A DNA stretch of 64,000 nucleotides from Candidatus Omnitrophota bacterium (GTDB lineage Bacteria > Omnitrophota > Gorgyraeia > Gygaellales > Profunditerraquicolaceae). A program made the position numbers and the translations under genes. Of this stretch, positions 22,255 through 31,555 are shown in pieces. How positions within the stretch are numbered: the stretch's first letter is position 1; the number at the start of each line of letters is the position of its first letter. The notes under the pieces were generated by a model that was given only the letters and a program-made list of their open reading frames with translations, did no database searches and was not told the origin of the DNA. Location of the stretch: contig JAQUMX010000004.1 of the NCBI GenBank assembly GCA_028717885.1, positions 2,145-66,144 of the forward strand, in the 5' to 3' direction.

Positions 22255-23897
22255 TCTTTTTGGAGCCCAGCGTCCCTTGCCCGCAGTTTTTCTGCCCTTT
22301 TCCTTGCTAAGGCATATTCAGGATCAATGCGCAGAGTATTTTCAAAAGCGATAATTGCCTTTTCGTAAAGCGCCTGGCTTTCGTAAATTACGCCTATATT
22401 ATATTGCGCGTCGGCGTATTCAGGATTGATCTCCGTAGCTTTCCTTAAGGCCTCGAGGGCATCGCCAAACCTGCCCTCATACCATAAACAATAGCCAAGG
22501 TTATTGTAAGCAAAGGCAAAACCCGGCTTTAATGCAACTGCTTTCTTTAAACTCACGATTCCTTTGGCATACTTTTCCTGTTTTGCATAGGCGTACCCTA
22601 AATTATAATAAATCTCGGCAATTTTTGAATTCAATCCGGTTGACCTGCGCAGCTCTTCTATTGCCGAATCAAACAATCCTAACTGTATATAGATATACCC
22701 GAGGTTGGCAACGGAAACCCAGTCGTTTTCGTTAAGCCTCACCCCTTCGCGCGCCTCTTGCAACGCTTCCTCTTTCTTGCCTAACCCTAAAAATGCCACG
22801 CCTAGCCCGGTATATGATTGGGCATCTTGTTCGTTGACTTTGATTGCACGGGAAAAAGCTTCGCTGGCAGCTTCATAACGTTTCCTGGAAAGTAAATAAT
22901 AGCCGCGGCTACGGTATTTTTTAGAGATAAAAGGAGTGACTTTGTTATCAATATATTTAATTAGCGGTTGCTCTTTCCAGGTTTCGCCGATCTTATCAAA
23001 AGCCTTGACCGCTTCATCGAAATTATTCAAATCGTAAAGGTAGGTAGCGCCCACTTTGAATTGCGCCATCTGCGCCACAGGCGCTCCGGTATATTCGCTG
23101 GCAAACTCCTCATTTGCCTTGATGGATTCATTTATCTTGCCCTGCTTATAAAGGATATCCGCAGATTCGTATTTACTTAAAACCGCTAATTCCGAATTTG
23201 GGTAATCCCGGATAATTTCATCAAAAACTGCTTTCGCCTGGTCTAGATCGCCTTTAGTTTTGTAGTCCCAAGCCTTGGTAAATTTGACCTTTGCCGCGCG
23301 GTAGATTTGGGGGTCTAATTCGATGAGTTTTGAAGAAACCTCTTCTGCTTTCTTGTACTCATTAAGCTTCTGGTAGACAACATTAAGCTGTGAATAAAGC
23401 TCCTGGATCTCTTCGGGCTTGGCGGTATTAATTTTTTCTTTCAACTTCACCTCTTCTTTTCGCAAATTATTTATTGTTTCTTTCTGCTGAATCGGCAAGA
23501 AGGTTTTGCTCATCGTATCTAACGATGCCATTAAGGGGCCTCTCTCCTGGCTCTTCTTGGCAATGACCCTCCTTAAGAAAAATTTGACATCTTCGAGCTG
23601 ATTCAGGTTTTTAGGATTAGAAAGGACGTCATTGACATATTCGAGATCGGCCAAAGTAGACATATCGATTTTTTGCTTGCTGATTTCTTTGCGTAAAGGA
23701 TAACTTAAGGCCTGTTCTATTTTCTTTACGTCTTCCAAAGTCCTGGCGTCAGAGATCTCATCCAAAGCCAGCTTAAGATTTACCAGAGAATGGTCAACCA
23801 GGTAAGTATTGTAACCGAGGAAAAAGATTACGGCACAGATAACAATAACGAAGATCAGGTAGGTTTTTTTAAAAAAGGCTAAAAAATTATTTTCCAT
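22251..23897 (-). CDS. TM-anchored TPR-repeat protein
   Basis: 548 aa. N-terminal TM helix and multiple TPR units (..YNLGYAYAKQEKYAKGIVSLKKAVALKP..). Confidence 0.8.
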   Translation of the reverse strand: MENNFLAFFKKTYLIFVIVICAVIFFLGYNTYLVDHSLVNLKLALDEISDARTLEDVKKIEQALSYPLRKEISKQKIDMSTLADLEYVNDVLSNPKNLNQLEDVKFFLRRVIAKKSQERGPLMASLDTMSKTFLPIQQKETINNLRKEEVKLKEKINTAKPEEIQELYSQLNVVYQKLNEYKKAEEVSSKLIELDPQIYRAAKVKFTKAWDYKTKGDLDQAKAVFDEIIRDYPNSELAVLSKYESADILYKQGKINESIKANEEFASEYTGAPVAQMAQFKVGATYLYDLNNFDEAVKAFDKIGETWKEQPLIKYIDNKVTPFISKKYRSRGYYLLSRKRYEAASEAFSRAIKVNEQDAQSYTGLGVAFLGLGKKEEALQEAREGVRLNENDWVSVANLGYIYIQLGLFDSAIEELRRSTGLNSKIAEIYYNLGYAYAKQEKYAKGIVSLKKAVALKPGFAFAYNNLGYCLWYEGRFGDALEALRKATEINPEYADAQYNIGVIYESQALYEKAIIAFENTLRIDPEYALARKRAEKLRARDAGLQKD

Positions 23898-24330
23898 GGC
23901 CTCGAGGACTAAAAAATAATTTCCTTTTTAGGAAGATATAAGAAATCATAACAGAATTAATGATAATATTCAAGATGATTATCACCTCTTGGTTGAATGA
24001 ATATTCCAGGGAACCTTTTACCCCCGCAATACGTACCGCTGGATAGATTTGTGGTGCGTATTTTTCAGCAAGCATCAGCGTGCTGTTTCCTATTAAAAAT
24101 AGGTGGAATACGCAAGCTGTAAAAAAAGAACTTATTTTTAATTTAGGGAGGGTTAAAAAAAGGTATATGGAAATAAATAAGAATACGAACCTGATGATTT
24201 TTGCAGAAAATGGCGATATCTGGTGCCCAAAGACAAAAACGCGGCTATAGAAAAAAAATGCTGAGCACAGAAAAAATAATGCGCTCAGCAAATAAATCTT
24301 TGCAATTACGCGGATTACTGCCAGATTCAA
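23887..24330 (-). CDS. Small polytopic membrane protein, function unknown
   Basis: 147 aa with about 4 hydrophobic segments. Wedged between two co-directional genes (an 11-nt overlap on one side, a 1-nt gap on the other). Confidence 0.55.
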   Translation of the reverse strand: MNLAVIRVIAKIYLLSALFFLCSAFFFYSRVFVFGHQISPFSAKIIRFVFLFISIYLFLTLPKLKISSFFTACVFHLFLIGNSTLMLAEKYAPQIYPAVRIAGVKGSLEYSFNQEVIIILNIIINSVMISYIFLKRKLFFSPRGHGK

Positions 24331-24331
24331 G

Positions 24332-24697
24332 CTATTTTCCGCTTTTAGCAGTAGGCTCAGCTTTTGTTTCTGCGGCCTTCTGCCCCTCTTCTGTTGCAGC
24401 AGGCACTGCTTGCTGCACCGCTTCGCCCTCTTTCACCTCTGCAGGAGCTTCTGCTGTCTCTTCGGGTTTTGCTGCCTCTTCGGCTTTCTCTTCCTCGCCA
24501 GGCGAAACAACAACCGGTTCGCTTAATTCAAGCGGAGCAGTCTCAGTGGCTTTTTGGCTCATTTTTGCCCTCTCCTGCTCCTGCTTCTCCTGAGGAGTAG
24601 ACGGAGAAGCACTGCCTTGTGCCCAAGAAATTCCCGCGCCAAAAAATAAAACCGTTAATATAACCAACATATTTTTCAACAATTTATAATTTTTCAT
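24332..24697 (-). CDS. Secreted acidic E/A/K/P/T-rich low-complexity protein
   Basis: ATG 24697 with GGAGGG 6 nt upstream. Signal peptide MKNYKLLKNMLVILTVLFFGAGISWAQ. The mature ~95 aa have no Cys and no aromatic residues. Confidence 0.6.
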   Translation of the reverse strand: MKNYKLLKNMLVILTVLFFGAGISWAQGSASPSTPQEKQEQERAKMSQKATETAPLELSEPVVVSPGEEEKAEEAAKPEETAEAPAEVKEGEAVQQAVPAATEEGQKAAETKAEPTAKSGK

Positions 24698-24761
24698 CTC
24701 ACCCTCCTTGCCCACAAGGGCAGACCGGCCTTCTCTATAAGTCCGGGGTGTCTATATATAA

Positions 24762-24790
24762 AGTATACCTTAAAATAAACCTGAAGTCAA
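24762..24790 (-). promoter_or_regulatory. Sigma70-like promoter of the acidic-protein/membrane-protein/TPR operon
   Basis: Minus strand TTGACT (24790-24785), 17 nt spacer, TATACT (24767-24762). Confidence 0.55.
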
Positions 24791-24801
24791 TATTATCGAG
24801 G

Positions 24802-25884
24802 CTAAATAAACTTAAACAACAGCTTTTCCAATATCCCCTGCACCCCTTTTAAGCGGAAAAGCCGTAAAATAATATCGGAATGCCGGTCAAAATCCGCAAA
24901 TTTTTCCAGGATCGAGCGGTTATTTTTTAATAATCTAAACACTTTTACCAGGCTCTCGTCATCCAATTCCTCATAAAGGCGCTTAATCTTTAAACCCACG
25001 GCAATATCCTCCCCAAACTTTTGCCGCCAGTTCCTTTCGTATAAGTTCAAGCGCCGGTTAATAATACAATCAGAGAGGATCTCCGCGCAGCTCATTCCAT
25101 AGTAGATGCCTCCGTGGGTAAGAGGCTTGATTTGACAGGCAGCATCCCCGACCAGGGCAATATTATCTTTTTGGCTAAGGCAGCTGCCCAAAGGCATGAT
25201 CCCGCCAAATTTCTCCAGGATCTGGCCTTCGATTTTAAGCTCCTTGATAAACTTCAAAAGTTCAGAATGAGGATTCTGCCCGATCAATCCCACGCGGATA
25301 ATTTCCTCTGACTCCGGGACCAACCAGGAAAAATATGGCTTTTTCATAAAAACTTGCGCAATATGCTGTTTTACCGCCCTGGTTTTAATCCTGGCCTGGG
25401 CACCGAAATAATATTTTATATCCTGTTCGTCATCGATAATTTTCCGCACGCTGGAATTTGCGCCATCGGCACCGATAATCAGATCCGCGCTTAAATCCCC
25501 CTTCTCCGTAAGGACTATATATTTATTTTTGCTTTTTTCCAGCCCCAAAAAACGGTTATTATAAACTACGTCGATATTCTGGCTTAGGAGATAATCGAAC
25601 ATCCTGCGGTCCAGGACAATTGCGACTCTTTTCTTCTTTATCTGAAAAGAATCTCCGTTTAAATGAAATTGCGCGCCGTCGATATAATTAATCACAGCCG
25701 CCCGCGGCAGGCTAAAAAATGTACGGCTAAAAAGGGAATCGCTCACCAGTCCCGTACAATGCAATGGCTGCCCCGAAGAAGAGTGCTCTTCGATAATGGT
25801 CACGCCAAGCGTTTTGTCTTTTTGTTTCAAAAGATGCGCCAAATAGCAGCCTACTGGCCCTGCCCCGATAATCAGTATTTTCAT
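24802..25884 (-). CDS. FAD-dependent oxidoreductase, geranylgeranyl reductase family
   Basis: 360 aa. N-terminal dinucleotide fold MKILIIGAGPVGCYLA, with length and motifs typical of the GGR family. Confidence 0.75.
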   Translation of the reverse strand: MKILIIGAGPVGCYLAHLLKQKDKTLGVTIIEEHSSSGQPLHCTGLVSDSLFSRTFFSLPRAAVINYIDGAQFHLNGDSFQIKKKRVAIVLDRRMFDYLLSQNIDVVYNNRFLGLEKSKNKYIVLTEKGDLSADLIIGADGANSSVRKIIDDEQDIKYYFGAQARIKTRAVKQHIAQVFMKKPYFSWLVPESEEIIRVGLIGQNPHSELLKFIKELKIEGQILEKFGGIMPLGSCLSQKDNIALVGDAACQIKPLTHGGIYYGMSCAEILSDCIINRRLNLYERNWRQKFGEDIAVGLKIKRLYEELDDESLVKVFRLLKNNRSILEKFADFDRHSDIILRLFRLKGVQGILEKLLFKFI

Positions 25885-25900
25885 ATTAATGCTTTCTTAT

Positions 25901-26755
25901 TTAGAAGAATGATTCAGGGACAACGATAGTGTCTCCAGGCAACAAAATTACATCGTAACTTTTACTGCCTTTCATGATTGCGGATATTTTGACAGGAAAA
26001 ACACGTTTTTTACCATTCTCTTCTCGGACCACCCTCGTAGCATCCATATCAGCAATTTTGGTAAAACCCCCTGCCAAAGCAATTGCCTCCAGGACAGTAA
26101 GGTCTTTTTTCAAAACGAAACTACCCGGCTTATTCACCTGTCCCAATACAGAAACCCTTCCATATTCTTCAACAGATACTACGTCTCCGGGCAAAAGCTC
26201 AATATCTTCTGATTTATCCCCTTGCTCGGTTATCTTAGTGGTATCAATTTCGTATATTTTTTCCCGGTCTCCGACTTTACGGATTACCTTAACCGTAACG
26301 GGATTCCCGGTCTCTGTAAAATCACCGGCTAAAGCAATGGCTTCCATGAGCGTTAAGCTCCCTTTTAATTCAAAAGAACCGGGTTTTTTCACCTGGCCTA
26401 AAACAGATACCTTGCTACCATACTCTTTCAGAAAGACGTGCACCTGCGGATTAACCAAATAATCTTCTTCCAGTAAATCCATAATATGTTTCTCTAGCCC
26501 TCTAATCGACAAGCCACTGGCTTTAATAATACCTAAAAGCGGGTAATTCACTGTCCCTGCTTCAGAAACCCTTACGGTTTTATCCAGGTCAGGCTCGTTA
26601 TAAACGCTGATCTCTAAAACATCATTTGGATGGATTATATAATCTGATTCCGTGTCATTATTTTTTGCTTGCGCATAAGCATAAGAAAAAATCAATCCCC
26701 ATACTACCCCCAAAAATATCAATCTGTTTTTCTTCACTTTAGAAAATCCCCACAA
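25901..26755 (-). CDS. Polysaccharide export protein (Poly_export plus two SLBB domains, Wza-like but short)
   Basis: 284 aa. Signal peptide, HPNDVLEISVY...YPLLG...GLS...LE..I, and two ..VLGQV.KPG.F.L... SLBB units. Confidence 0.85.
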   Translation of the reverse strand: MWGFSKVKKNRLIFLGVVWGLIFSYAYAQAKNNDTESDYIIHPNDVLEISVYNEPDLDKTVRVSEAGTVNYPLLGIIKASGLSIRGLEKHIMDLLEEDYLVNPQVHVFLKEYGSKVSVLGQVKKPGSFELKGSLTLMEAIALAGDFTETGNPVTVKVIRKVGDREKIYEIDTTKITEQGDKSEDIELLPGDVVSVEEYGRVSVLGQVNKPGSFVLKKDLTVLEAIALAGGFTKIADMDATRVVREENGKKRVFPVKISAIMKGSKSYDVILLPGDTIVVPESFF

Positions 26756-28043
26756 ACTTTATAGACATAATATGATCGACATAGGTATTGGCATCTAGGT
26801 TCGAGTAATCTTCTTTCCATTCATATTTTAACAAAGTATAAAACCAGCGCTGCAGATCATACTTTAATGCAGTACTGATTCCAAACAAATTATCCAGGCG
26901 TTCTTTTGTTGCAGGGTCAACGGGAGAAGGAAAATCGTCATATTCATAAAAACTTTCCATTCTAAATAGCAATTTCGGGTTAGAAGCAAATTGGTGCACC
27001 AGTCCCAGATCCAGGCGGTTTCTTTCATAATAATTCTGGTTATTGTAATCGGATTGTGCAGTGGTCTTAAGTAATTTTAGGAGAATTGAAGTTCTCTCCT
27101 TGAATTGATAGCTTAAATCAAAACCTAAAACCGGTTTATTCCAGTCCCCCCCGTTATTAAACTTACGGAACTGATAACCAGCCTTCATAAAACCATTGAT
27201 TTTGGTGGTGATATCGCCTTTAATCCCAAACCAGAATTGATTATAAGAGTTATCTTTCGAAGGAGAAGGTTTTTTAGGATAGCGCACTATGCCGTGGTCA
27301 TATTCCGCAAGAAGCCTTGTCTTAGGTGCAATTTGATAATACCCGGTAAGCGTAGGGATAGTTTCATTATAGGAATTGTCTCTTTTGAAATCCTTTCTGT
27401 AGAAATAATCATTGCGCGTCACAGAAGGCTCAATGGAAAACAAATTCATCTCCCGGCCGACCTTCAGATTGAAAACATTGTACTGATAGACATTGAACCC
27501 TGACGTATCTGCCACAATACTGCTGTTCGGGGTAGTCTCGTACCTGAATGCCTCATCTAATTTTAGATAATTACGCCCGTAAGTGTTATCTACGAAAAAG
27601 GTAATAAATGGGTTTTGCGTATTATTGGTCCAATGATGATAAAATGAATTTAGCTTCGCGCCGGCATCCATTTCAAAATGCTTATTGTCGCCAAGAGAAA
27701 TAAATTTTATCCCAGGGGTATAGGTAGTGATAACATCGCTGGATCTGGAGGGGGTTAGATAAATATTGTCTTCGTACTTCGTTTCAATTTCGAGATAAGG
27801 ATGCCAATAGCGCAACAGCTCATCCAGCTTTTCCGATTTCTCTTCGCGGGACAGTTCTTCCAAAGTCTTCAGTTGCGCTTCCTTAAAGCTTGACTCTATG
27901 GCTTTTTGCTTGCCCTCATAATCATCCAAATAGATGGTCATGCTTTCTTTATTTTTCGTAACAGCATCCCCTTCTTTAGCAAAAGCCATATTTGAGCCAT
28001 ATAATATAGTTATTAAAATAAAAAAAAATTTTTTGTTTTTCAT
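26739..28043 (-). CDS. Outer-membrane beta-barrel protein of the export operon. The track ORF extends to 28082
   Basis: Start MKNKKFFFILITILYGSNMAFA (signal peptide) at 28043. Alternating aromatic/polar beta-strand pattern and a C-terminal ...KFVGIF ending in Phe. Confidence 0.7.
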   Translation of the reverse strand: MKNKKFFFILITILYGSNMAFAKEGDAVTKNKESMTIYLDDYEGKQKAIESSFKEAQLKTLEELSREEKSEKLDELLRYWHPYLEIETKYEDNIYLTPSRSSDVITTYTPGIKFISLGDNKHFEMDAGAKLNSFYHHWTNNTQNPFITFFVDNTYGRNYLKLDEAFRYETTPNSSIVADTSGFNVYQYNVFNLKVGREMNLFSIEPSVTRNDYFYRKDFKRDNSYNETIPTLTGYYQIAPKTRLLAEYDHGIVRYPKKPSPSKDNSYNQFWFGIKGDITTKINGFMKAGYQFRKFNNGGDWNKPVLGFDLSYQFKERTSILLKLLKTTAQSDYNNQNYYERNRLDLGLVHQFASNPKLLFRMESFYEYDDFPSPVDPATKERLDNLFGISTALKYDLQRWFYTLLKYEWKEDYSNLDANTYVDHIMSIKFVGIF

Positions 28044-28065
28044 TAAGGATGTTTGATTCTTTCCT

Positions 28066-28461
28066 TTATTTCTTTTTGACAATCTCCTTTTCTTCCTGTA
28101 TTTTTTTGTTTACGAATTTGATCGCTTCGTCCATAAGAGCAGTTTTCTGCTCGTCGATTCCGATAAATCTTGCGCCGATTTCAAAATAACTGGGTTTGGC
28201 CTTTATCTCTTTAGCCCTGACAACTTTTGCAAGCGTGCGTATCGGCTCTTCCAGGCTAGGAAAATTGATTTTCAGGTCCAATATCGTATCTACCGGCAAA
28301 GATTCTTCTGTCCTAAAAAGGATACCGCTAGCGCTAATATTGAGCACGGCAGACAAAGTATACTCCCCTTCCTTCACCTGGTCAAAAAGGCGGTATTTTA
28401 CCAGGTGATAGCCGGACATGCGCTCCTTGATCCTTTTTTCTTTATATTCCGTATAGTCCAT
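28066..28461 (-). CDS. Stand-alone PilZ-domain protein (c-di-GMP receptor)
   Basis: 131 aa. RIKER (RxxxR) at aa 10-14 and NISASG ((D/N)xSxxG) at aa 41-46. Confidence 0.8.
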   Translation of the reverse strand: MDYTEYKEKRIKERMSGYHLVKYRLFDQVKEGEYTLSAVLNISASGILFRTEESLPVDTILDLKINFPSLEEPIRTLAKVVRAKEIKAKPSYFEIGARFIGIDEQKTALMDEAIKFVNKKIQEEKEIVKKK

Positions 28462-28474
28462 TTTTTCAGTCTAA

Positions 28475-28502
28475 TATTTACACACTTAGACGATAATGTC
28501 AA
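28475..28502 (-). promoter_or_regulatory. Sigma70-like promoter upstream of the PilZ gene
   Basis: Minus strand TTGACA (28502-28497), 16 nt spacer, TAAATA (28480-28475), inside the only sizeable gap (119 nt) of the glycan locus. Confidence 0.5.
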
Positions 28503-28580
28503 GAAAAATCGCCTATAAGCTGTTTTTTTGCCAAAAAGAAATGCGTTAACGGAGCCATATCCAAGCTACCGCTGCCAAAT

Positions 28581-29276
28581 TTAGGTTTTTATTAGCCCAA
28601 TCTGACTCTCTATCCTGTATTTTAGGCCTCGGCCTAAATAATGAAACCTGTCATTTCCGTCTTCCCACTTGCCTCTAAAAGTGATCAAAAAAGAAAGCAA
28701 GATAAGGTAAAGATCGAGAAAAAAATCCCGATTCCTAATATACCAGATATCATATTTGAATTTCAACTCCCGTTCGATATCCCGAGGCGCATAAACCTGC
28801 GCAACTCCGGTTAGCCCGGGGCAGACTTTAGACCTCTCCCGGAAACCCGGAACATCAAATATGTTTGTGGCGAGCTTATTTTGAGCTTCGGTTTCGCAGG
28901 CAACCAATGCCCGAGGACCAACAAAACTCATTTCACCTTTTAAAATATTCCAAAGCTGCGGCAATTCATCCATGGCAGTAATTCTTAAGAACCGGCCGAT
29001 TCTGGTTACCCGGGAATCATCCTTCTTTGCCTGCATGAAACTACCGCCCTCCTCCTGTTCATTAACCATAGAACGGAATTTTATTTCTTTAAAAAGCTTA
29101 CCGTTCTTTCCTACTCTCTCTTGAAAATAAAAAACCGGCCAGCCATCGTTTAATAATATAAGCAGAAATATAATTGCCGAAACCGGAAGGCTTAAAATTA
29201 TCCCACATAAAGAAAAAATAAAATCAAAAATCCTTTTCGCAGTATTATCCATTCGATAATCGGCCAGAATTCCCAT
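28581..29276 (-). CDS. Initiating polyprenyl-phosphate sugar phosphotransferase (bacterial sugar transferase family, WbaP C-terminal type)
   Basis: 231 aa. RIFDFIFSLCGIILSLP..., KFRSM, DELPQLWNILKGEMSFVGPRA. Confidence 0.9.
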   Translation of the reverse strand: MGILADYRMDNTAKRIFDFIFSLCGIILSLPVSAIIFLLILLNDGWPVFYFQERVGKNGKLFKEIKFRSMVNEQEEGGSFMQAKKDDSRVTRIGRFLRITAMDELPQLWNILKGEMSFVGPRALVACETEAQNKLATNIFDVPGFRERSKVCPGLTGVAQVYAPRDIERELKFKYDIWYIRNRDFFLDLYLILLSFLITFRGKWEDGNDRFHYLGRGLKYRIESQIGLIKT

Positions 29277-30012
29277 AAAACTGGCGGACCTTATTTAAAT
29301 TTTTCCTTATCAGTGAAACCGGGCTGATGCCATAAATCCGCATTATTTTATAATCTTCGCAACTCTTCCTGAAAATGTGCCAAAGACTACGGTTAGAATT
29401 CCCGCCCATGCTCATTTTTATCAGCGTTTCATTTATATAATACGTCGAGAGCTTATATTTATATAAGAAACGCAGGATAATCTCATAATCCGAAGCTATT
29501 TTAAATTCCAGGTTAAATACTCCGTACTTATCATATACCCGCTTCCTCACGCAGAAAGTAGGGTGCGGCACCATCCATCCGCAAGCAAGAAGAGAATAAT
29601 CAAATTCTCCCGACTTCCAAAATCGTATCACCTTGTTATTATCCTTCCTGCTTACGTAAACAAGGTCTCCGTAACAACTTTCGGTACCCGGGTTATTCGT
29701 AAAAACTTCTGCGAATTTCTTTATGATATTATTATTGTAATAAGTATCATCAGAATTAAGAAAAGCTACAATATCTCCGGATGCTAACTTAATGCCCTTA
29801 TTGAGAGCGTGGTATATGCCATTATCTTTTTCTGAAACTATTCTTATCCTCTTGTCTTGATACTGCTTTACTATATCCAATGTCCCGTCTGTGGAACAGT
29901 TATCAATTATTAAATATTCAATCTCTCCATACGATTGCCCAAGGACACTTTCAATAGTAGCCCTAATGGTATCTTTAGAATTAGAAGATGCGGTGATGAT
30001 GGAAAAAAGCAT
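29245..30012 (-). CDS. Family 2 glycosyltransferase
   Basis: 255 aa. FSIITASSN...YLIIDNCSTDGT...LNSDD. Confidence 0.85.
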   Translation of the reverse strand: MLFSIITASSNSKDTIRATIESVLGQSYGEIEYLIIDNCSTDGTLDIVKQYQDKRIRIVSEKDNGIYHALNKGIKLASGDIVAFLNSDDTYYNNNIIKKFAEVFTNNPGTESCYGDLVYVSRKDNNKVIRFWKSGEFDYSLLACGWMVPHPTFCVRKRVYDKYGVFNLEFKIASDYEIILRFLYKYKLSTYYINETLIKMSMGGNSNRSLWHIFRKSCEDYKIMRIYGISPVSLIRKNLNKVRQFYGNSGRLSNG

Positions 30013-30013
30013 G

Positions 30014-30568
30014 TTAGACGGTTATTGCCCTTTCTCTTTTGACTACGGCAGGATTGCCCTGGTAAACTTTGTAAGGCTCAAGATTATGGGTTGCAACAGA
30101 GCCAACGGTTAATACTGCATGGCTTGCGCATTTTACATTTCCACAGACAATCGCCCTGGCAGCTATCCATACCCCATCTTCAATAATAATCTGATACAAC
30201 AAGAGGTCGAAAGCGGCCTTTTTATAATCATGCCCTGCGCCGATAAGCGCGGCCCCTTGCGACAAGCATACATTATTGCCTAATTTAACCTTGGAAAAAT
30301 TCTCTATCAAAACCCCCTCCCCTAACCAGACATTATCGCCTATCTCCAAAAACCAAGGGCACCTGATATTCACAGATGGCTTAATGACCAAACCTTTACC
30401 CACTTGTGCGCCGAACAGCCTTAAGATAATGGCTTTAAAAAAATACGAGTAAGCCAAAAAGGGGTTTCTAAATATAAGCATGCTTACGATAAACCAACTG
30501 ATCCTCCTTAATAAGCCTGCCTGCATATATTGCTTATTTGAAAACTTGGCTAATTCTACTTTTTCCAT
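30014..30568 (-). CDS. Hexapeptide-repeat O-acetyltransferase (WcaF-like)
   Basis: 184 aa with a left-handed beta-helix repeat pattern. The N-terminal hydrophobic segment resembles that of WcaF. Confidence 0.8.
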   Translation of the reverse strand: MEKVELAKFSNKQYMQAGLLRRISWFIVSMLIFRNPFLAYSYFFKAIILRLFGAQVGKGLVIKPSVNIRCPWFLEIGDNVWLGEGVLIENFSKVKLGNNVCLSQGAALIGAGHDYKKAAFDLLLYQIIIEDGVWIAARAIVCGNVKCASHAVLTVGSVATHNLEPYKVYQGNPAVVKRERAITV

Positions 30569-30600
30569 CCGTTGCTCCCTTTTTCTTTTCCTTGGAATAA

Positions 30601-31521
30601 CTAACCTTTTGCAGCGAGTTTAACAGAGTAGTTATTCTCGATAAACTTTTTTATGTTATCTTTACCTCTCCCGGCTTTTTTATATATTTCGTAGATTTTG
30701 GCGTCGATCAAAAAACGGTACCAAAAACCCTGGAGAAAATGCCAAATCAACCCTTCCCTGCCGTCCAAGAAGCCAAACCTAAAGAGATAGCGGTAGATAA
30801 AATAAAAAAACGCCCTGAGAAAAAGCGGCATGTGGAGGTACACCCTTTCTTTCAGCCATCTCTTTTCCTGTTCCTGGCTTTTAAATAAAGCTCCACCCAA
30901 AAAGTCATTACCTGAAAAATTATATTTTAAATCAAGTATGTCTACAGCTTCCCTTGTAGCATAGGCGTTATGTTTGCCTATCCACCAATGCAGGCTTTTA
31001 TTATTATCATCAATAATATCATTCTCCAGAGACAAAATGCTTCCTTCTTTAATTTTAACATGCTCGTCCATCCAGCGTTCCTCATAACGGGCCTTTTCCT
31101 TACGCCATACCCTTAGAAGCCATTGTGGATAATACCCCCCGTGTTTTATCCAGCGCCCCATGAAGAAAACCTTCCTCTTCATGCGTAAACCGGAAATCCC
31201 GCTTTCTAAACCTACGAGCTTATCTGACAGCTCTGCGGCCAATTCCGGGGTAACTTTCTCGTCGGCATCTAAACGCATAACCCATTGCGAATTAATAGGC
31301 AGGTTTTCCAATGCCCAATTAAATTGTTTTGCCTGATTCTCGAAGGAATGGGAAAAAATTTTATCCGTGTATGCGCGAGAGATTTCCAGCGTCCTATCTG
31401 TGCTGAATGAATCCACTATGAATATTTCGCCTGCCCAGGCCTTTAGGCTTTCCAGGCAATTCCTTATATTCACTTCTTCGTTAAAGGTAAGAATTATTAC
31501 TGATATCGGCAGCTTGTTCAT
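30601..31521 (-). CDS. Family 2 glycosyltransferase
   Basis: 306 aa. ISVIILTFNEEVNIRNCLESL...IVDSFSTDRT...LDADE. Confidence 0.85.
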   Translation of the reverse strand: MNKLPISVIILTFNEEVNIRNCLESLKAWAGEIFIVDSFSTDRTLEISRAYTDKIFSHSFENQAKQFNWALENLPINSQWVMRLDADEKVTPELAAELSDKLVGLESGISGLRMKRKVFFMGRWIKHGGYYPQWLLRVWRKEKARYEERWMDEHVKIKEGSILSLENDIIDDNNKSLHWWIGKHNAYATREAVDILDLKYNFSGNDFLGGALFKSQEQEKRWLKERVYLHMPLFLRAFFYFIYRYLFRFGFLDGREGLIWHFLQGFWYRFLIDAKIYEIYKKAGRGKDNIKKFIENNYSVKLAAKG

Positions 31522-31555
31522 TTAATTGCTTTCTCTTAAATAATTATTCGTTATA

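Noticed and set aside
28021-28040. An A8/T-rich homopolymer run in the first codons of the OMP gene as a possible slipped-strand phase-variation switch
   Set aside because: The run is only 8 nt, in an AT-rich genome where similar runs occur elsewhere (for example near 54255 and 62221). There is no evidence of length heterogeneity from a single sequence.
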